Notes under the pieces: generated by a model
The model's input: the letters and a program-made list of their open reading frames with translations, nothing else
The model's database searches: none
Told to the model about the DNA's origin: nothing
Translations under genes and position numbers: made by a program
Shown: in pieces, positions 1 to 14,319 of the stretch
How positions within the stretch are numbered: position 1 is the first letter of the stretch
Layout of the letters: each line of letters opens with the position of its first letter
Assembly: GCF_009914755.1 (NCBI RefSeq)
Contig: NC_060931.1
Length of the DNA stretch: 64,000 bases
Direction: 5' to 3' (one strand)
Source: the human T2T-CHM13v2.0 reference genome, Homo sapiens

Positions 1-723
1 ACCTTGAACTCTGATCCCTTACAAGGCAATGCATATTTCTGACACTAGGCCACTGGGCTTTCTGTGTTCTTGTTAAATATACAATGTCATAATGTACATA
101 CTATTCTTTTGGCTAGTGTAATGACATTTCTACTTCTGCTTTTAATAAGGCTAACTCCCTTCTAAACACTGTCTTTAAAAATAGAATGGTTCTTCCATTA
201 GTAGCAGAAATTCTTTACTCTTGGTTGACACACAATTTTTTTTGTTCCCAAACCTAGGCCTCAGTCCTATCCTTCAAAAAAACAAGCCGAACTTTGTTTT
301 CTGTTTGCCAAGGAAAGGGATTAGTGTGTCTGCACAAAGAAAAGTAATTCTTTTCCATACAAAAAAGGATAGGTACTATATTCCAATCAAGGTAACAAAC
401 CAGTGGGCTAAAAAAGAATTGCCTTTTAATTGTGAAAACATTTCCTGATCTTTTAAAAAAAGAAATCTACGGGAAGTATAAAGGCAATCAGGTAATAAAC
501 TCATTGAAAATCAGTTATAGTATTAGCAAAAGTTTACAGTGGTTGGCTTTGTCACATAGTCATAGTTTGTGGGAGAATCTTGACCTTATTTGATGCTGTA
601 AATACTTGTGTTTTCTTAGCCTATTGATATGGTATGAAGGAGTCTCTTGGATGGGCCAAATTGCCTTTCAAAAAATTCATTGTTTTGTAAAATTGGGATT
701 ACCTTAAAAGAAAAAGTTAACCA

Positions 724-1103
<380 letters not shown>

Positions 1104-2701
1104 TTAAAATATATTTAAATGTATTTAAATAAATATATATATTGAAATTTGATATAAGAAAATTAGATGAAATTTTCTCATATGTTGATGTATTTATGGT
1201 ATTTTTTGGTTTTGCTAAACAGGTTGTGTATTATTAATCATTTGCTATAGCATAATTTAAGATTATTTGCAGTTTCTAATTTTTATTAACACTAAAGTTT
1301 TTTTGACATTCAGCATTTCTGCTCACATGAGCCATAATTATATCTACGAAGTGTTTTGAGCTTAAAGCAACTTTGAAAATGGAAGAAATGACTAACATTA
1401 AACATGTTTAGCTCCTCAAACACTACCTGCTGATTACTTAAATTTTATGTGGACTCCATATAATGTTCATAATACAAATACATTTCAATATTTTGATACA
1501 GAATAATGTTTATAATTCTCAGCATGCACATATATTCTAACCATGCTGAGATAACACTAGCGTTCAAACAACAGTAGCCAGTCTGATGTTTAAAAGAAAC
1601 ACTTGCTAGCCGAAGGACATTCCTCTTGAGGCATGGACTGGAAACCATGTTGAGTATGCTAAGTAATTCCATCTGACCTGCAGAAAATCACTATGGGTTA
1701 CATTTTCACTTTGCACATATGTCATCGACCAAGCCAACTGGCTGGAGTAAGCTTTTTGAAATGGACATTTCTGGCTGAGCTTTTGGAAGATTGCATTTTT
1801 AAAAATAAAGCATTAAAAAAACCATTATTCATTGGTTGTACATTAAAAGCAAATGGCGAAAGGAAATAAACAGAAGTATAAAAAGGTCATAGGATGAAAA
1901 CATTAAATTGTGTATACAATTTTAATTCTATTTGTAGTAGGTTTAAAAATAATTGTACTTAATATAGAGCCAACCTCCCTAAAAAAGCAAAATATTTAGA
2001 ATTAGACATTACAGAGAAGGATATATTGGTACAGATTAATAAAGAAAAGATTTGACATTTTTCCTTTTACAAGTGTTTAATTACAACTGTATATAGATTA
2101 CATACTTACTGAGTGAATATTTGGAAAATTGATGTAAATCATTGTACTTTTGTCCTTTGAGGAAATACATTCTGGGCTGGAAAAAAATTTCAAATTCAGG
2201 GAAAACTTTCTGAGTTTGAGTCCTTGCTTTACCATTTACTGACTTTGTTGGTATAAGGTCCATAGTCTTAGCCTTGGATTTCCCTGAAAATATGGTTGTA
2301 TATTTGCCTGACCCTGTCATTGTCAGTAATGAACTGTTGTTTAAAAGTGGCTTAAGCTCCTGGTAAGAAAGCCATTTTTGTAAATTTAGGGTATTATTTT
2401 TATAGTGTGTGGTAACTGAACTGGCCAAGCCAGAACTTATTAACCACATGTGGCATTGGGAGATAGGCGAGTATTCAGAAGTAGTTACAGAAGCCTTTTA
2501 GTTAGTTAGGATTTACCACGGGCTTCTTCTGTGAAACTCTTTGCTAGGTGAGTTACAAGATAATACATGCTAGTGTGCTAGCCCAAAGGAAGGAAAGAAA
2601 CCAATATAAGAAACCAACATCAGTTAAATGTCAATTTCTGTCACACATTGTGTTGGTGATTGACACATCTTATGTAATCAACTGTTATCAGTTGAAGGTT
2701 T

Positions 2702-4030
2702 TGAGAGGTGACAGCGTGCTGGCAGCCCTTGCAGCCCTCGCTCGCTCTCGGCACCTCCTCTGCCTGGGCTCCCACTTTGGCGGCACTTGAGGAGCCCTTC
2801 AGCCCACCACTGCACTGTGGGAGCCCCTTTCTGGGCTGGCCAAGGCCAGAGCTGGCTCCCTCAGCTTGCAGGGAGGTGTGGAGGGAGAGGCGCGAGCGGG
2901 AACCCGGGCTGCGGGCGGCGCTTGCGGGCCAGCTGGAGTTCCGGGTGGGTGTGGGCTTGGCGGGCCCCGCACTCGGAGCAGCCGGCCAGCCCTGCTGGCC
3001 CTGGGCAATGAGGGGCTTAGCACCCAGGCCAGCAGCTGCGGAGGGTATACTGGGTCCCCCAGCAGTGCCAGACCACTGGCGCTGCGCTCAATTTCTCACC
3101 GGGCCTTAGCTGCCTTCCCGTGGGGCAGGGCTCGCGACCTGCAGCCCGCCATGCCTGAGCCTCCCACCCCCTCCGTGGGCTCCTGTGCGGCCGAGCTTCC
3201 CCGGTGAGCGCCGCCCCGTGCTCCACCGCGGCCGGTCCCATCGACCACCCAAGGGCTGGGGAGTGCGGGCACAGGGCGCGGGACTGGCAGGCAGCTCCAC
3301 CTGCAGCCCCAGTGCAGGGTCCACTGGGTGAAGCCAGCTGGGCTCCTAAGTCTGGTGGGGATGTGGAGAACCTTTATGTCTAGCTCGGGGATTGTAAATA
3401 CACCAATCGGCACTCTGTATCTAGCTCAAGGTTTGTAAGCACACCAGTCAGCACCCTGTGTCTAGCTCAGGGTTTGTGAATGCACCAATTGACACTCTGT
3501 GTCTAGCTACTCTGGTGGGGCCTTGGAGAACCTTTGTGTGGACACTCCGTATCTAGCTAATCTGGTGGGGACATGGAGAACCTTTGTGTCTAGCTCAGGG
3601 ATTATAAACGCACCAATCAGCGCCCTGTCAAAACAGACCACTTGGCTCTACCAATCAATAGGATGTGGGTGGGGCCAGATAAGAGAATAAAAAGCAGGCT
3701 GCCTGAGTCAGCAGTGGCAACCCGCTGGGGTCCCCTTCCACACTGTGGAAATTTTGTTCTTTCGCTCTTTGCAATAAATCTTGCTACTGCTCACTCTTTG
3801 GGTCCACACTGCCTTTATGAGCTGTAACACTCACCGCGAAGTTCTGCAGCTTCACTCCTGAGCTAGCGAGACCATGAACCCACCAGAAGGAAGAAACTCC
3901 GAACACATCTGAACATCAGAAGGAACAAACTCCGGACACGCCGCCTTTAAGAACTGTAACACTCACCGCGAGGGTCCGTGGCTTCATTCTTGAAGTCAGT
4001 GAGACCAAGAACCCACCAATTCCGGACACA
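2702..4030 (+). mobile_element. Solo LTR12C (ERV9 LTR), full length
   Basis: Starts TGAGAGGTGACAGCGTGCTGGCAG and ends CCAATTCCGGACACA. 4-bp TSD GTTT (2698-2701 / 4031-4034). GC/CpG-rich U3 and tandem tctagctc...caccaat repeats. Confidence 0.93.
3403..3778 (+). promoter_or_regulatory. LTR12 enhancer/promoter core: CCAAT (NF-Y) boxes, GATA motif, AATAAA TATA-like box and poly(A) signal
   Basis: CCAAT at 3403, 3485, 3613 and 3651; AGATAA near 3677; AATAAA at 3686-3691 and 3773-3778. Function inferred from ERV9 LTR literature. Confidence 0.7.
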
Positions 4031-5732
4031 GTTTCACCCATTTCATGAGTGTTTACCATGTGCCAGGCATTTTTCTTAGAGTCTTATAATTGCAGTTTAT
4101 TTTGCAGATGAGGAAACTATTCACACTTATATTGCCTCACAGTTGGGAACAACTCTTCAGGGGAAATGATGAGAAGAGTTTGAAGGTTAAATATCATGGC
4201 ATAGTTAAAAAAAGGGAGGGGCATATTTCCATGTTGAGGGATGGTCAGGGCAGATGCTGCTGATTCTTTTTGACTTTGACCCCTTGTTGCTAAATGTGAG
4301 AAGCTCTCTGAGATTGCGATGTTGAGGTTATTTCCAGTCGACCCGCACCTGAGATTTGCTTTGATGTTTGCTGTGTCCTATTGTGGTCAGACTGTCTTCA
4401 CCATTGTGGTGATTGCTATGTATATAAAACTACTTTGTACCTAATGTGTGCATAAACATAAAGGCTACATTTAAGCAGTTTTGAGCACGCTTATGTTTAT
4501 GAAATGTGAAGATAATTCATTTTCTGGCATACATGCTGTGATTTTATTAGTAAAGAAATGAGTTCTATGTGATACATTCCTTTATACATATATTATTTGC
4601 CTATTGTACATTGTCCAATTCATGTGTTTACTTATTTACGTTTATTCTTATACAGACTAGTACCAAACAAATACTAGTGCCCTTTTTAATTCTCACATTT
4701 ACATGGAGTAATAATAACAAAAATGAAACACTCTGAGCCCACCTTTTAAATACAAGTTTAAAATTTCACTTGGCTAAGGATAAGGAGAAAGAAATCATGT
4801 TATATGGTTTTAATTTATACTAAGAAATTTGTTTTACAACTACAAAATTAAAGCCATGTACCTTCTCTAAAGTGTAAGAGAAAAATCTAAAGCGTTTGTT
4901 AGAGGTTTAGCCGTGCTTTTTTGCACATGCAGTTTCTCCTGCCTAGATTGTCTTTACAGACTGATGTCTTATCAACTGCGGCCAAAGCCTATTCTGAGGC
5001 CCAGCTCTGCTGGTGTCACTTTCTCTGTGAAGCTCTGCTGTGTTGGTTGTTTCTGCTTGTTTATACCTAGATAATTTGTTCATACCTTACCTTTAATTAT
5101 TGCATGTGTTATGTAATGCTTTATTTTAGTATTTCTTGACTTCAACATTTCTTTCTTGAGATCAGAGATCATATTTTATTCATGTTTTTAATCTCCAGTA
5201 CATAGTCCACTCTGTTCCAGTCTGTTCCAGACATAGAGCAAGTAGTCAATATCTGGAATAAATGAACGTGCTAATTATATTTTGATTTAAAAAAATTGCG
5301 TATGAGACTGAAATCATCAAGTACTGTGAACTCCATGGAAAAAGTATTTAAAGATATTTCAGTTCAGTATTAAAATATCTATCTTTGGTTATTTTATTCT
5401 AACAAGAAAAAAAAATTAGGGAAAACTGCTTTCTACTATGGGAGGTTATGTCCTTGATTAGAACAATTCCCTTGCTTTTAAGTTACTCATTTTGTTGCTA
5501 GGCAGAAATGATAAAGTGTTGTAATTCTGGAATAAATCTAGAGTACTTCAGGCAATTCATGTAACTAAAGATAAAGGTTTTATATTGTTCCTATACTAGA
5601 GTGAATTTTTAATTGTTTGTAAACTGTTTAAAAAATTTTCACAATCCTACAAGCCCTGCCAGAGTTGCTATTCTTCATTGAGGTATGTGGCAAGTTTGAA
5701 TTTGGAAGTGTGTTTGTGTTTACATTTTTAAA

Positions 5733-5851
5733 AAGTATTTCATGTCAAAAATATGATATGAAATACTTAAAAAATCATATATGTGATATGAAATGCTTAA
5801 AAATCATATATATATATACACACACACACACATATATGATATGAAATACTT
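5733..5851. repeat. Hairpin plus tandem repeat with (TA)n(CA)n microsatellite
   Basis: aagtatttcatgtca (5733-5747) pairs with tgatatgaaatactt (5754-5768); the latter unit recurs at 5784 and 5837. Confidence 0.85.
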
Positions 5852-6527
5852 TTGGCTAAAGACCAAATACAGTATAAGAACTTTAATCCTAAAAGGAAAA
5901 TACTGTTATATATACACACAGTGAAATAAGGGGGTCTTTGTAAATTAAAGGAAGCCAGTGTATAATTAGCAATAGCAGATACAATGATGTGTTTGAATAT
6001 TTTTTGGCTTCTTGTTTATTAGCATGAACTCTATGAAACTTTTAAATTTCATGTAGTGTGTGTGTGTGTCTGCCTAAGAAGTCAAAGTCTCAAGCATGTG
6101 ACTGTTGATAGAAATGATAGATGTTATATGCGGTTATACCTTTTTAGATTTTTTCATCTCTTATAACTAAGATATCAAATTGATTTTTTGGTTGGTTTAA
6201 GAGAAAAGTTTGAAGAATAGTCCCTAAGCTAGCAGAATGCATGGAATGGGTGACATTTTATTTATCCTGTGAGCAAAAGGGTAAGGATCGTTGGCCCTGA
6301 TTTCCTGTGGCTTTCAACAGGGAATTCTAATAACATAGGAAATGAAGGAAGAAGATGCTTCATCACCATTCCTACCATTATTGCCTGAATTTGAGCCTTC
6401 TCTGTTTCTCATGTGCATTACTGAAAGAGCATTCCTACTGGTCTGTATGCCTCATATCTTGTTCCAGGTCTCCCCCGGTTTCTTCTCCTTCTATTCTCCA
6501 TTTTTCTGCTTTAGAGTAATATTTTCA

Positions 6528-6902
<375 letters not shown>

Positions 6903-7074
6903 TCACTTGTAAGAAGAATAACAGGGTTTATATAAGGTTCTGGCCCTGCTAAGCCCCCTGATCTGATCTTACTTCAGGTCCCAACTTAACACAATACATT
7001 AAAAAATTAATTTTTTAATTATATATACATTTATTTTATATTTTTTATGGCAGTCAATATTTCTACCCCAAATT

Positions 7075-7325
7075 AATTTTTTAATTGACAAATAAAACTT
7101 TTATATATTTATTGTGTATAACAGGATGTATTGATATATGTATACATTGTGGTATGATTAATTCAAGCTAATTAACATATCTATCATCTTATATCCTTAT
7201 CACTCTTTAGTGATGAGTACATTTAAAATAGACTCTGTTTGCAATTTTCAAGTATATGGTACACTACTATTAACTCTTGTCACCATGCTGTACAGTATAT
7301 CTTCAGAACTTATTCCTTCTAACTG
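7075..7325 (-). mobile_element. L1MA-type 3' end fragment
   Basis: tttaattgacaaataaaa...caagctaattaacatatc...tcttcagaacttattcct motif. Confidence 0.7.
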
Positions 7326-8039
7326 GAACCTGAAAACAGTAGTTGTCTAACAACAACTTTCTCACCCTTCTGCCTATGCACAACACACTTTTCCTCATGT
7401 TTTTCATTTAGCCAACTCCTGCTCATTCAGGATTGAATTCATGCTTCACTTTTTGGGGAGAGGGCCTTGAAACCAATTACACCTACCTTCCTCTCACCCC
7501 CAAGACTTAGGAATGTCTTTTATGTGAAACTATAATACTCTGTATGTTCTTCTAAGCACTTACTGTGCTCTCTTACACTTTTAAAATTTGTCTTTTTTTT
7601 TTTCACTAGATTATGAGTTACTTGAGATCAAAGAAGACTTCCTTTATTTCTTCATCTGTGCCTGATAGAACTTGTGTTTGTTGAATGAATGGAATCCTAA
7701 AAGCTCAAGGGGCTATTTAATATTTATTATATTTGGGTCTATTTTACAGATAGCTTCCGCTCCAAGGCTAGTGCCACTTTGTAGTAATAATTGCTAATTT
7801 GATTTTCTAATCTCTTACTTTATAGTTGGTAAATGTTTGCTCTTATCAGTTAACATAGATTGAAAGTTGACTGAGTATATTTAAAATTACTTTTTTCCAT
7901 CTTCTGTGGTATTTCCTTAAATGGGTCTCAGTGTGTTTAAATGTGGTAAATATAATATTTACTTTTTGAGTGGGAATTTTGTGATTAGTCAGATTTGTAT
8001 TTTTAAAATTCTGATATGAAATATTTATTATTTATAATA

Positions 8040-8285
8040 CTACTAATAACTACATTCATTGGACATATTTGATGAATGACTATGCTAAATTATTTGTGTG
8101 TGCTATCTTATTTAATCGCCAAAACAATGTTGTCAGGTCAGTGCAATTAGCCTCATTTTGCAGATAAGGATACTGATGGTTATAGAAGTTAAATTAGTTA
8201 CTTGGGTTTACACAGCTACTAAGTCAGAGCTGAGATTTGGACCTGGTGGATCTGACCCTGTAGACTGAATTCTTAACTGTTCTAT
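8040..8285. mobile_element. MIR
   Basis: cctcattttgcagataaggatactga...cacagctactaagt MIR core. Confidence 0.7.
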
Positions 8286-9109
8286 ATCTGTCTGTTGTGT
8301 TTATATGACAGTAATTGCAAATAATAATTTGAAAGCAGTAACTTCATTTCAGGCTTTTAAAAGCATTCTTACAGCAAACATTTCAGTTAGGCTTAACTTG
8401 AGAGTACAGTGGCAAAATAATGTGTTAGTAACACCAAATTTTTCTGGCTTAAAAAATATGTTAATAGATTAACAATAGGTTCTCCCTCTTTTTTCCTTCT
8501 GTCTTCTCCCTCACCTCCCCACCGATCTTCTCCCTAACTTACTTGTCGAATAGGTTGGATTGTTTGTCCTGTTAACGTCCCACAGTCTGGATTTTGCTCA
8601 TTGCATCCCCACAGTGTCTTGTAAATGTGTTCCTCTGTCCACATTTACTGTAAATTTGTAGTTAGATGTAGAGGACTGGTCAGGTTCAGGTTTGATTTTT
8701 TTGGCAGTACAACTTTACAGCTAGTGTTTCATTCTTATGTGAGGAGGCACATGCTCCCTGGTTGTCTCTCTTTTTGAGGCAACAGTAGCCATTGATGATC
8801 TAGGCAGTGCTAGAGAGCTACTGATTTATTAGGGATTAAAATGGTTATATTATAATTTTTATTATGTAACGGAAATACATTTAAAGGAAGAAATCTCCCT
8901 TTATCAGCTAGTAGGTTACCCAGAGATATATTCTTAGGAGAAAGGCAGAATAAATGCTTTGTTGTTTCCCTGTTTTCAAAATTCAGGGTTGGTTCTCTAG
9001 CATCCTTTGAAGATGACAAATTAGTAGTTGTTGTTTTCATATTATAATAAACTAATGGATTTAAATATGTGATGCCTTTCAATTTATTGATATTATTGTT
9101 ATTATTTGT

Positions 9110-9405
9110 TTATATTTATTTTTTGAGACAAGGTCACACTCTTTTGCGCAGGCTTGAATACCGTGGCATAATCACAGCTCACTGTGGCCTTGACCTCCTG
9201 GGCTGAAGTGATCCTCCCGCCTCAGCCTCCCAAGTAGTTGGGACCACTGGTACCTGCTACCATGCCTAACTTTTTGAAATATTTTTTCATAGAGATGGGG
9301 TCTTGCTATGTTGCCCAGGCTGGTCTTGAACTCCTGGCCTCAAGCAGTCCTTCTACCTTGGCCTCCCAAAGTGCTGGGATTATGGACATGTGCCACTGCA
9401 CTCAT
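9110..9405 (-). mobile_element. AluJ
   Basis: Antisense Alu with cagctcactgtggccttgacctcctgggct J-type motif. Confidence 0.85.
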
Positions 9406-10419
9406 CTGAAGTTATTATTTTTGTTAATGTCAATATTGTACAATCTTTAGCCAAGGGAGCTTTTCCCAGTTGGTTCATCAACCCTTTTGACATAGCTTCA
9501 GTAGTCTTTGTTAGCTTTCTTGCTTCGTATTATGAGATGTTCCTGCCTCATCTTTTATATTTCCTCTCCCAGAACTGGAATCAGCCACTTCTTTAAGGAG
9601 CTTGGTTCTTTTTTTTTTTTTTTTTGTGGGAAATGGCATTTGAAGATCACAGTGTGGGTGCTGGTGGTGTTCAGTACTCCTGCTGGTTATTGCTTCTGCA
9701 CTGTTGTGGTGGATAGAGTTAGGAAATATACATACTTAGTATTTAAAGGTAAACTATATTATGGGTTCATATTGATACTCCCAATTATGATGCAGACCTA
9801 CAGACATTTTACTTATCCTCATTGATTTTACATACATATATGTACACATGTGTGTGCATATGCACACATTTGTATATATATTTGCTGGAAGATGTTTTTA
9901 GATAAGCACCTTCAGTGGTTTTGTCTTCCAACATAGCCAAAGGTACAGCACACTCCCTTTAGTAATAATGCCTTGGTGGCAATGATTCTCATTCTTAAGG
10001 GAAAAAAGATATAGAGGGGGAACCTATAGATTCTCACTGGTGAGTGATTGTCAGTGCAGTTTGAAAAGTGATCCTTACTCTTTCCCCTTGATAATTTGTG
10101 ACCCAGAAGAGGAAAATTTCTCATCTCTATAGTGGAGATTTTTTTTTTCCAGGAGAATTTTGTCTATTAACATTGGAGATGATTTTTAATGGCTTTTTGA
10201 TCATTAGATGATAATCTGCTTTAGAGTTTAAACAAATACACAGGTCTACTTTTGTTACACATTCTTGTGATTTTATATCTGATAGGTCTTTTATTGATAA
10301 GTGTTAGATAAGTGCTGCTGGATTATAGAAAACTCTTCTACTTTCAATGTTATATAGAACAAACAAAAGGATACAAAATATGGCTAGAATGGCTAGAATT
10401 AATACTCAAAACAATTAAA

Positions 10420-10970
10420 AAATTATGATCCAGCAACTCCACTCTGTGTATATGTCCAAAAGAAGTAAAAGCAGGGATTAGGAAAGATATTTATACATCC
10501 TTGTTCATTGCAGCATTATTCACAATAGCCAAAAGGTGGAAGCAACTCAAGTGTTCAATGGATAAGTGGATAAACAAAATATGGTGTATATGTACAATGG
10601 AATATTATTTGACCACAAAAAGAATGGAGTACTGATATATGCCATAACATGGATGAACCTTGGAGATATTATGTTAAGTGAAATAAGCCAGTCACAAAAA
10701 AGACAAATATTGTATGATTCTTTTTACATAAGGTTCTTAGAGTAGAGTAGTCAGATTTGTAGACCCAAAATTGAATGGTGGTTTCCAGGGGCTTGGGAAA
10801 GGATAATGGGGAGTAGTATTTGATAGATACAAACTTTTGCTTAGGAAAGATGAAAAAGTTATGGAGATGAATGGTGGTGGATTGCACAATGCACTTATGA
10901 ATGTACCTAATGCCACAGAACTGTACATTCTAAAATGGTTAAAATGGTATATTTTACCACAATTTTTAAA
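10420..10970 (+). mobile_element. L1MB-type 3' fragment
   Basis: ORF2 C-terminal/3'UTR motifs: cagcattattcacaatagccaaaaggtggaagcaa, atggatgaaccttgga, aatgccacagaactgtaca. Confidence 0.75.
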
Positions 10971-11072
10971 AACCACATAGCACCAAAAAAGAGTGAATGA
11001 GTAAATTTCAAAAAGCTGTGTCAAGAATGATAATATATTATGTAATTTGTTTAGGGACCTTACAGCCATCAA

Positions 11073-11355
11073 TTTTTTTTTTTTTTGAGACACAGTTTCA
11101 CTCTGTTGCCCAGGCTGGAGTTCTCAGCTCACTGCAACCTCCGCCTTCCAGGTTCAAGTGATTCTCGTGCTTCAGTCTCCTGAGTAGCTGGGATTACAGG
11201 CACACGCCACCATGCCTGGCTAATTTTTGTATTTTTAGTAGAGATGGGGTTTCACCATGTTGGCCAGGCTAGTCTCAAACTCTTGACCTCAAGTGATCCC
11301 CTGCCTTGATCCTCCAAAGTGCTGAGATTACAGGTGTGAGCCACTGCACCCGGCC
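11073..11355 (-). mobile_element. AluS
   Basis: T tract followed by antisense Alu ending cccggcc. Confidence 0.9.
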
Positions 11356-11382
11356 TAATCTTTTTTAAAAAATTAAAAAAAA

Positions 11383-12217
11383 GTTAATAGTTCTTTGGGA
11401 ATGGGTGGTTTTTGGTTACATAGATAAGTTCTTTAGTGGCAATTTCTGGGATTTTGGTGCACCTGTCAGCTGAGCAGTATACAGTGTACTCAATATGTGG
11501 TCTTTCATCCTTCACCCCATTCCCAACCTTCCCCCTACCCCCAAAGTCCTCTATATCATTCCTATGCTTTTGCATCCTCATAACTTAGCTCCCACTTATG
11601 AGTGACAACATACGATATTTGGTTTTCTATTTCTGAATTACTTCACTTAGAATAATGGCCTCCAGCTCCATCCAAGTTGCTGCAAAAGACATTATTTTGT
11701 TCCTTTTTATGGCTCAGTAGTACTCCATGGTGTATATATACCATATTTTCTTTATCTACTTGTTGGTTAATGGGCACTTAGGCTGATTCTATATCTTTGC
11801 AATTGTGAATTGCATTGCTGATATAAACACACATGTTTATGACCATGTGTGCACATGTGTCTTTTTCATATAATGACTTCTTTTCCTTTGGGTAGATATC
11901 CAGTAGTGGCATTACTGGATTGAATGGTAGTTCTACTTTTAGTTCTTTAAAGAATTTCCATACTGTTTTCCATAGTGGTTGTACTAATTTACATTCTCAC
12001 CAGCAGTGTAAAAGTGTTTCTTTTTCACCACATCCATGCCAATATCTATTATTTTTTGGCTTTTTAATTGTGGTCATTCTTGTAGAAATAAGGTGCTATA
12101 TCTCATTGTGGTTTTAATTTGCATTTCCCTGATAATCAGTGATGTTGAGCATTTTTTCATGTTTGTTGACTGTTTGTATATCCTTTTTTGAGAATTGTCT
12201 ATTCATGTCGTTTGCCC
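11383..12217 (-). mobile_element. L1PB-type 3' fragment
   Basis: tttttggttacatagataagttctttagtgg L1PB 3'UTR followed by antisense ORF2 C-terminal sequence. Confidence 0.8.
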
Positions 12218-12393
12218 TTAAATCCTTCAATATTTATTTAGTTGAAGCAATTAAAAATAAAATAAATATTAATTTGAAATAAAAATCCTTAACAGCTAGA
12301 TTATATTTTCTTTTATTCAAATTCAGAAACCTTTTCATTTTCTTTCTTCCAGAAGATTTAGTCACAAAAGGAAGAGGAATAACTTTCTCTATA

Positions 12394-12845
12394 CAGTTGA
12401 CCATTGAACAGTGTGGGGGTTAGGGATGCTGACCCCTCCTTTAAGTCAAATATCCACGTATAACTTTTGACTCCCCCGAAAATTAACTATTATTAGCCTA
12501 CTGTTGCCTTACTGATAACATAAACAGTTGATTAACACATATTTTCTATGTTATTTGTGTTTTATATGGTATTCTTACAGTAAAGTCAGCTATAGTAAAA
12601 AAGTTATTAAGAAAATCATAAGGAAGGGAAAATATATTTACAGTTCATTGAGTCTAAGTGGGTTATTATACAGGTCTTCATCTTTGTCATCTTCACGTTG
12701 AATAGGCTGGGGAGGAGGAGAAAGAGGAGGTGACCCCTCTTCAGGTAACCCCAATTTTGCTGTCTCAGGGGTGGCAGAGGTGGAAGAAACTCCACGTATA
12801 AGGGGACCCACACAGTTCAAACAGTTGTTGTTCAAGGGTCAGCTG
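12394..12845. mobile_element. Tigger2a (MER28)-like non-autonomous DNA transposon
   Basis: TIRs cagttgaccattgaaca ... tgttcaagggtcagctg, TA TSD on both sides. Confidence 0.85.
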
Positions 12846-14319
12846 TATTTTTATATCTCCTGACATGAAGTTATAATTTGTTTTTGAGATGTACAGAGGG
12901 AAATGAAAACAGAGAATTAAAATTGAGGATGAAGACTTAGGCTTTATTTATTTTAACTTTCAAAAGTAAATTTTATTATGTATATTTAAGGTATACAACA
13001 TGATTTATGAGTTACATATAGGTATTAAAAAGATTACTATAGTGAAACAAATTAACATATCCATCATCTCACTTAGTTACCCATTTTTCTTTCATTTCTG
13101 TGGCAAGAGCAGCTAAAATCTACTCATTTAGCATAAATCCCAAATACAATATAATTTTATTATCTATAGTCTTCATGTTTTACATTAGTTCTCTAGACCT
13201 GTTTATTGTACATATCTGCTACTTTTTATACTCTGACTTCATATCCTTGTATACTTCTAATTTCTAATTGTGTATTCTGTCTCCCCATTTTCTCCCCCTG
13301 CCATCTGCCCCTGGAAACCACTGTTTTGTTCTATGTATTGGAGTTTTGTTTTGTTTTGCTTTTTTTACATTCTGCATATAAGTGAGAACATGCAATGTAT
13401 TTTTTTCTGTGTCTGGCTTATTTCCTTTTGCATAATATCCTCCATGTTGATCCATGTTGTGGCAAATGGCAAGATCCCATTCTTTCTTAGATAACAAATA
13501 TTTATAGTAATACAATAATAATATTCCATTATAACTATATACCACAGTTTCTTTATCCATTTGTCCACTGATGCACACTTATGTTGTTTCCATATCATGG
13601 CTATTGTGAATAATGCCGCAATAAACATGGAAGTGCAAATGTCTTTGCAAGATGGTGATTTCATTTCATTTGGGTATATGCCCCGAAAAGGGATTTCTGG
13701 GTCATGTGATCATTCTATTTTTAATTTTTTTGGAAACCTCCATCCTATTTTCCATAATGGCTATATCAATTTACATTTCCACCAACGGTATACAAGAGTT
13801 CCCCTTTCTCTACACCACTGCCAACATTTGTTGTTTTTTGCCTTTTTGATAATAGCCATCTAACGGGTGTGAGGAACTATCTCATAGTGGTTTTGATTTG
13901 CAGTTCCCTGATGATTAATGATGTTGAGCACCTTATCATATACGTCTTGGCCATTTGTATGTCTTCTTTGGAGAAATGTCTATTTATGTCTTTTGCCCAT
14001 TTAAAAATCAGATTGTTTTGATACTATTGAATTGTATAAGTTCTTTATAAATTTTGGATATTCACTCCTTGTGAGATATATGGTTTGTAAATATTTTTCC
14101 CAGCCTGTAGGCTACCATTTCGTTGATTGTTTCCTTTGCTGTATAGAAGCTTTTTAGTTTGACTGTAGTCTGATTTATTTATTTTTGCTTTTGTGGCCTT
14201 CTCTTTTGGTGTGATTTCCAAGAAATCATTGCCAAGGCCAATGTCCAGGAGCTTTCCCACTGTGTTCTCTTAGAGAAGTTTTATAGTTCCTGGTCTTATA
14301 TTTAGGTCTTTTATCCATT

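Noticed and set aside
3340-3660. Regularly spaced repeats that superficially resemble a CRISPR array
   Set aside because: These are the standard ERV9/LTR12 U3 tandem enhancer repeats; no unique spacers, no cas genes, human DNA.
2708-3827. Cluster of overlapping GC-rich ORFs on both strands
   Set aside because: All lie in LTR12C; high GC suppresses stop codons; no protein similarity recognised.
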